A stretch of DNA of 63,720 bases, filler included, from Saprolegnia diclina VS20 (lineage: Eukaryota), in assembly GCF_000281045.1 (NCBI RefSeq). It is 5 parts of 2 records of this genome, joined end to end, with 100 filler letters (N's around TTAATTAATTAA, not from the genome) between each part and the next. Parts side by side here need not be neighbours in the genome. Positions count along the whole stretch, not along the records: positions 49,682 to 63,720 come from NW_008246108.1; 4 more parts are not named here. One strand, written 5' to 3'. The position numbers and the translations under genes were made by a program. Numbering within the stretch: position 1 is the stretch's first letter; each line of letters starts with the position of its first letter. The notes beneath the pieces were generated by a model, which saw only the letters and a program-made list of their open reading frames with translations, was not told where the DNA came from and searched no databases. Below are positions 60,791 to 63,720 of this stretch, one piece after another.

Positions 60791-61588
60791 ATGCTGCAGT
60801 GGAGCGTCGCCGTCGTCGTCGTCGTGTGCCACCTCATAGCGTCGGTGGGCGCCGTGGCGTGCGACGTCGTCTGCGCATCCGTGCCACTCAACGCTTCGTG
60901 CGCCTCGTGCCAGCCGTGCGCGATCGCGTCGGACGCCGCGAACGGCTCGTGGTCGTGCCAGCGCCTCCTGCCGCCCGAGTGCCAGCCCCAGCGCACGGCG
61001 CGGGTCGTCTGTGACGTCATTGTGGCCGACGCTGCGCCAAGCAATAGCGGTGACGAAGCGCTGCATACGTCGCCGGCGTTTCCGCCACAGGTCCTCTTCT
61101 TCATCGTCGCCGGCACCCTCGGAACGTTCATGGGGCTCATCACGCTGCACTACCGACGCAAGTACTACCCGCGGAAGAGCCAGCGCCCGCGCCCACCTCC
61201 AATCGAGACGCCGGTGCGGTCGCCGCACGAACGCAAGCCCGAGCCCATTGCACTCGACATGACGTCGACGCCCAAGTACATTCCAACGTTCTCGATCCTT
61301 CAAGACGAACAGGATGAAGTCGCCGGCCCCTGGGCCCACCACCACGTGAGTGCGACGCACGGCCCCAACGGCGTCTGGTCGTCGTCGTCGGTCGACACGA
61401 TCTCGAGCGTCAACAACGACCCGTGGCTCTTTTTGCGGACGGAGCGGGCGTCCGAGATGCAACTGCACCGAAGCACCGAGACGGGCAGCGAGCGCACGCC
61501 GTCGACCAACCTCGCTAACAGCTACGTCGATCGCATGGTGAGCCCCCTGAACGTCAAACCGCGCTCCAAAGATAGTTTTTACATCTAG
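60791..61588 (+). CDS. Signal peptide + Cys-rich ectodomain + single TM protein
   Basis: MLQWSVAVVVVVCHLIASVGA..CASCQPC..C..C..C; TM VLFFIVAGTLGTFMGLITL followed by HYRRK. Confidence 0.8.
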   Translation: MLQWSVAVVVVVCHLIASVGAVACDVVCASVPLNASCASCQPCAIASDAANGSWSCQRLLPPECQPQRTARVVCDVIVADAAPSNSGDEALHTSPAFPPQVLFFIVAGTLGTFMGLITLHYRRKYYPRKSQRPRPPPIETPVRSPHERKPEPIALDMTSTPKYIPTFSILQDEQDEVAGPWAHHHVSATHGPNGVWSSSSVDTISSVNNDPWLFLRTERASEMQLHRSTETGSERTPSTNLANSYVDRMVSPLNVKPRSKDSFYI

Positions 61589-63720
61589 TCTCGACCTCCT
61601 ATTTAACCCCCTGAAAGGGCTTTCCTCCGTCTTCTTCTCGACGCGTTGCTACATTAGCATGAGCTAAGCGCAGTGGACGATGGGTCGCGCCAAGGCAGAG
61701 GGACAGTGTACGACCAAGTTGATAGGGATCGCCATTACGTACCTCATATCACCCTGCTTACTCCACGTAGAGATGCGCGTCCGACGACGAAGCATGGCAG
61801 CAGCACGAGGCACTCGTCCAGTGACGTGGTGATATCAGGCTGGCTTGTCGTGTTGTCTTGAACATCGCTGAATAATACCTCGAAAAAAAGACATCAAAAC
61901 ACCGAAAAGGAACTCAAAAAGGGCTCAATCCATCTTTCAACGTTGAGGCTTTTTATTGTAGTGAAGGTCGCTACGACAATACTATTGCTGTCCACGCACG
62001 TCTTGCCTCGACTTTGTACATCCCAGAGCTACTCGTCAAAGGCCATAAAATGAGGTTTTGACTAGAGAGCGTTACCATCCATTTGACGGGCATCGACGCG
62101 TCATGCGAACGAACGACAGTGTCGCCACACCGCCAGGCAGCTAGAGATACTAGTGCACAAAGTTGATATATTGTNNNNNNNNNNNNNNNNNNNNNNNNNN
62201 NNNNNNNNNNNNNNNNNNNNNNNNNNNNNNNNNNNNNNNNNNNNNNNNNNNNNNNNNNNNNNNNNNNNNNNNNNNNNNNNNNNNNNNNNNNNNNNNNNNN
62301 NNNNNNNNNNNNNNNNNNNNNNNNNNNNNNNNNNNNNNNNNNNNNNNNNNNNNNNNNNNNNNNNNNNNNNNNNNNNNNNNNNNNNNNNNNNNNNNNNNNN
62401 NNNNNNNNNNNNNNNNNNNNNNNNNNNNNNNNNNNNNNNNNNNNNNNNNNNNNNNNNNNNNNNNNNNNNNNNNNNNNNNNNNNNNNNNNNNNNNNNNNNN
62501 NNNNNNNNNNNNNNNNNNNNNNNNNNNNNNNNNNNNNNNNNNNNNNNNNNNNNNNNNNNNNNNNNNNNNNNNNNNNNNNNNNNNNNNNNNNNNNNNNNNN
62601 NNNNNNNNNNNNNNNNNNNNNNNNNNNNNNNNNNNNNNNNNNNNNNNNNNNNNNNNNNNNNNNNNNNNNNNNNNNNNNNNNNNNNNNNNNNNNNNNNNNN
62701 NNNNNNNNNNNNNNNNNNNNNNNNNNNNNNNNNNNNNNNNNNNNNNNNNNNNNNNNNNNNNNNNNNNNNNNNNNNNNNNNNNNNNNNNNNNNNNNNNNNN
62801 NNNNNNNNNNNNNNNNNNNNNNNNNNNNNNNNNNNNNNNNNNNNNNNNNNNNNNNNNNNNNNNNNNNNNNNNNNNNNNNNNNNNNNNNNNNNNNNNNNNN
62901 NNNNNNNNNNNNNNNNNNNNNNNNNNNNNNNNNNNNNNNNNNNNNNNNNNNNNNNNNNNNNNNNNNNNNNNNNNNNNNNNNNNNNNNNNNNNNNNNNNNN
63001 NNNNNNNNNNNNNNNNNNNNNNNNNNNNNNNNNNNNNNNNNNNNNNNNNNNNNNNNNNNNNNNNNNNNNNNNNNNNNNNNNNNNNNNNNNNNNNNNNNNN
63101 NNNNGGCAAGGAAGACGATCCCAAAGTCGTCTGCGCATTTGGTTGCATCAGCGTGGCCGACGACACCATGTAGACGGTGGCATTTGTCTTTTGCACTCTC
63201 TGTGCCAACTATGGGCGATTCCATTTCAAACGTGATGTTGTCGGCAAGCGACGTCAGCGTCCTGGCGTGATGCTGCTAAGATGGCACTACGATCTTAGTT
63301 GGGAGTGCGTTGTGCCTCTCAGATGGCACTACGATCTTAGTTGGGCGCGCACCTTGGATCGCGTCTCGCTATCGCTGTACGCCTCGTACGTCGATGCGAC
63401 CTCGCTTTCCGTACTCTCCAAAGCGTCCTCTACTACTGTGCCAAGTCTTGGACATTTCGTTTTCGAACGCAAAGTGGTCGATCGCGCGGCCTGGCGATGC
63501 TGCACCAGATATCCGGATAATGTGGCTAATAACACGCAAGTTGTCGCGGTGCGTTGCCGATTGCGATTTGATGGCCAACGTCAGTAGCGTTTTGCAGGTA
63601 CGTATAGGTAGCTCCTACAAAGGCATTGCTAAACGAGCTCTCGTATGTAGCGAGCGATCGCAGCAGCGTGTATAGGTATCTAGGGCAAATCTCGACAGCT
63701 GGGTCGATCTTGTGCATCTT

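Noticed and set aside
63279..63345. 25-bp direct repeat with a 17-bp spacer, CRISPR-like
   Set aside because: Only two copies, no cas genes, eukaryotic context; a simple local duplication.

Overview
Eukaryotic genomic DNA, most likely a Saprolegniaceae-type oomycete (Saprolegnia/Achlya-like). This is inferred from GC-rich codon usage, many 40-60 nt introns and oomycete-type gene families. It is a gapped assembly: six N gaps plus four artificial 100-bp linkers (44N-TTAATTAATTAA-44N), so adjacency across linkers is not guaranteed. Housekeeping genes: AP-4 mu, SEC13, RRP43/EXOSC8, GUCD1-like, a TOM1-like VHS-GAT protein, a partial mucolipin, a partial dual-specificity phosphatase and DUF1475. 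Accessory or duplicated genes: two CCCH-type zinc-finger paralogs, two BTB genes, a GH18 chitinase-like gene, two multi-CAP secreted proteins, two tetraspanin-like paralogs and four Cys-rich single-pass receptor-like genes. Mobile DNA: a LINE 3' end, a 5'-truncated copy of it with a 14-bp TSD, and a TA-flanked MITE. Most notable: (1) a TM-ankyrin-TIR-TIR receptor-like protein that keeps the TIR NADase glutamate; (2) a spliced fusion of an RPA70 N-terminal OB fold to a KCTD-type BTB domain; (3) a full-length ACSBG-like acyl-CoA synthetase that has lost its adenylation motifs. Exon models were built by hand and homologies were recognised from memory; no database search was run.
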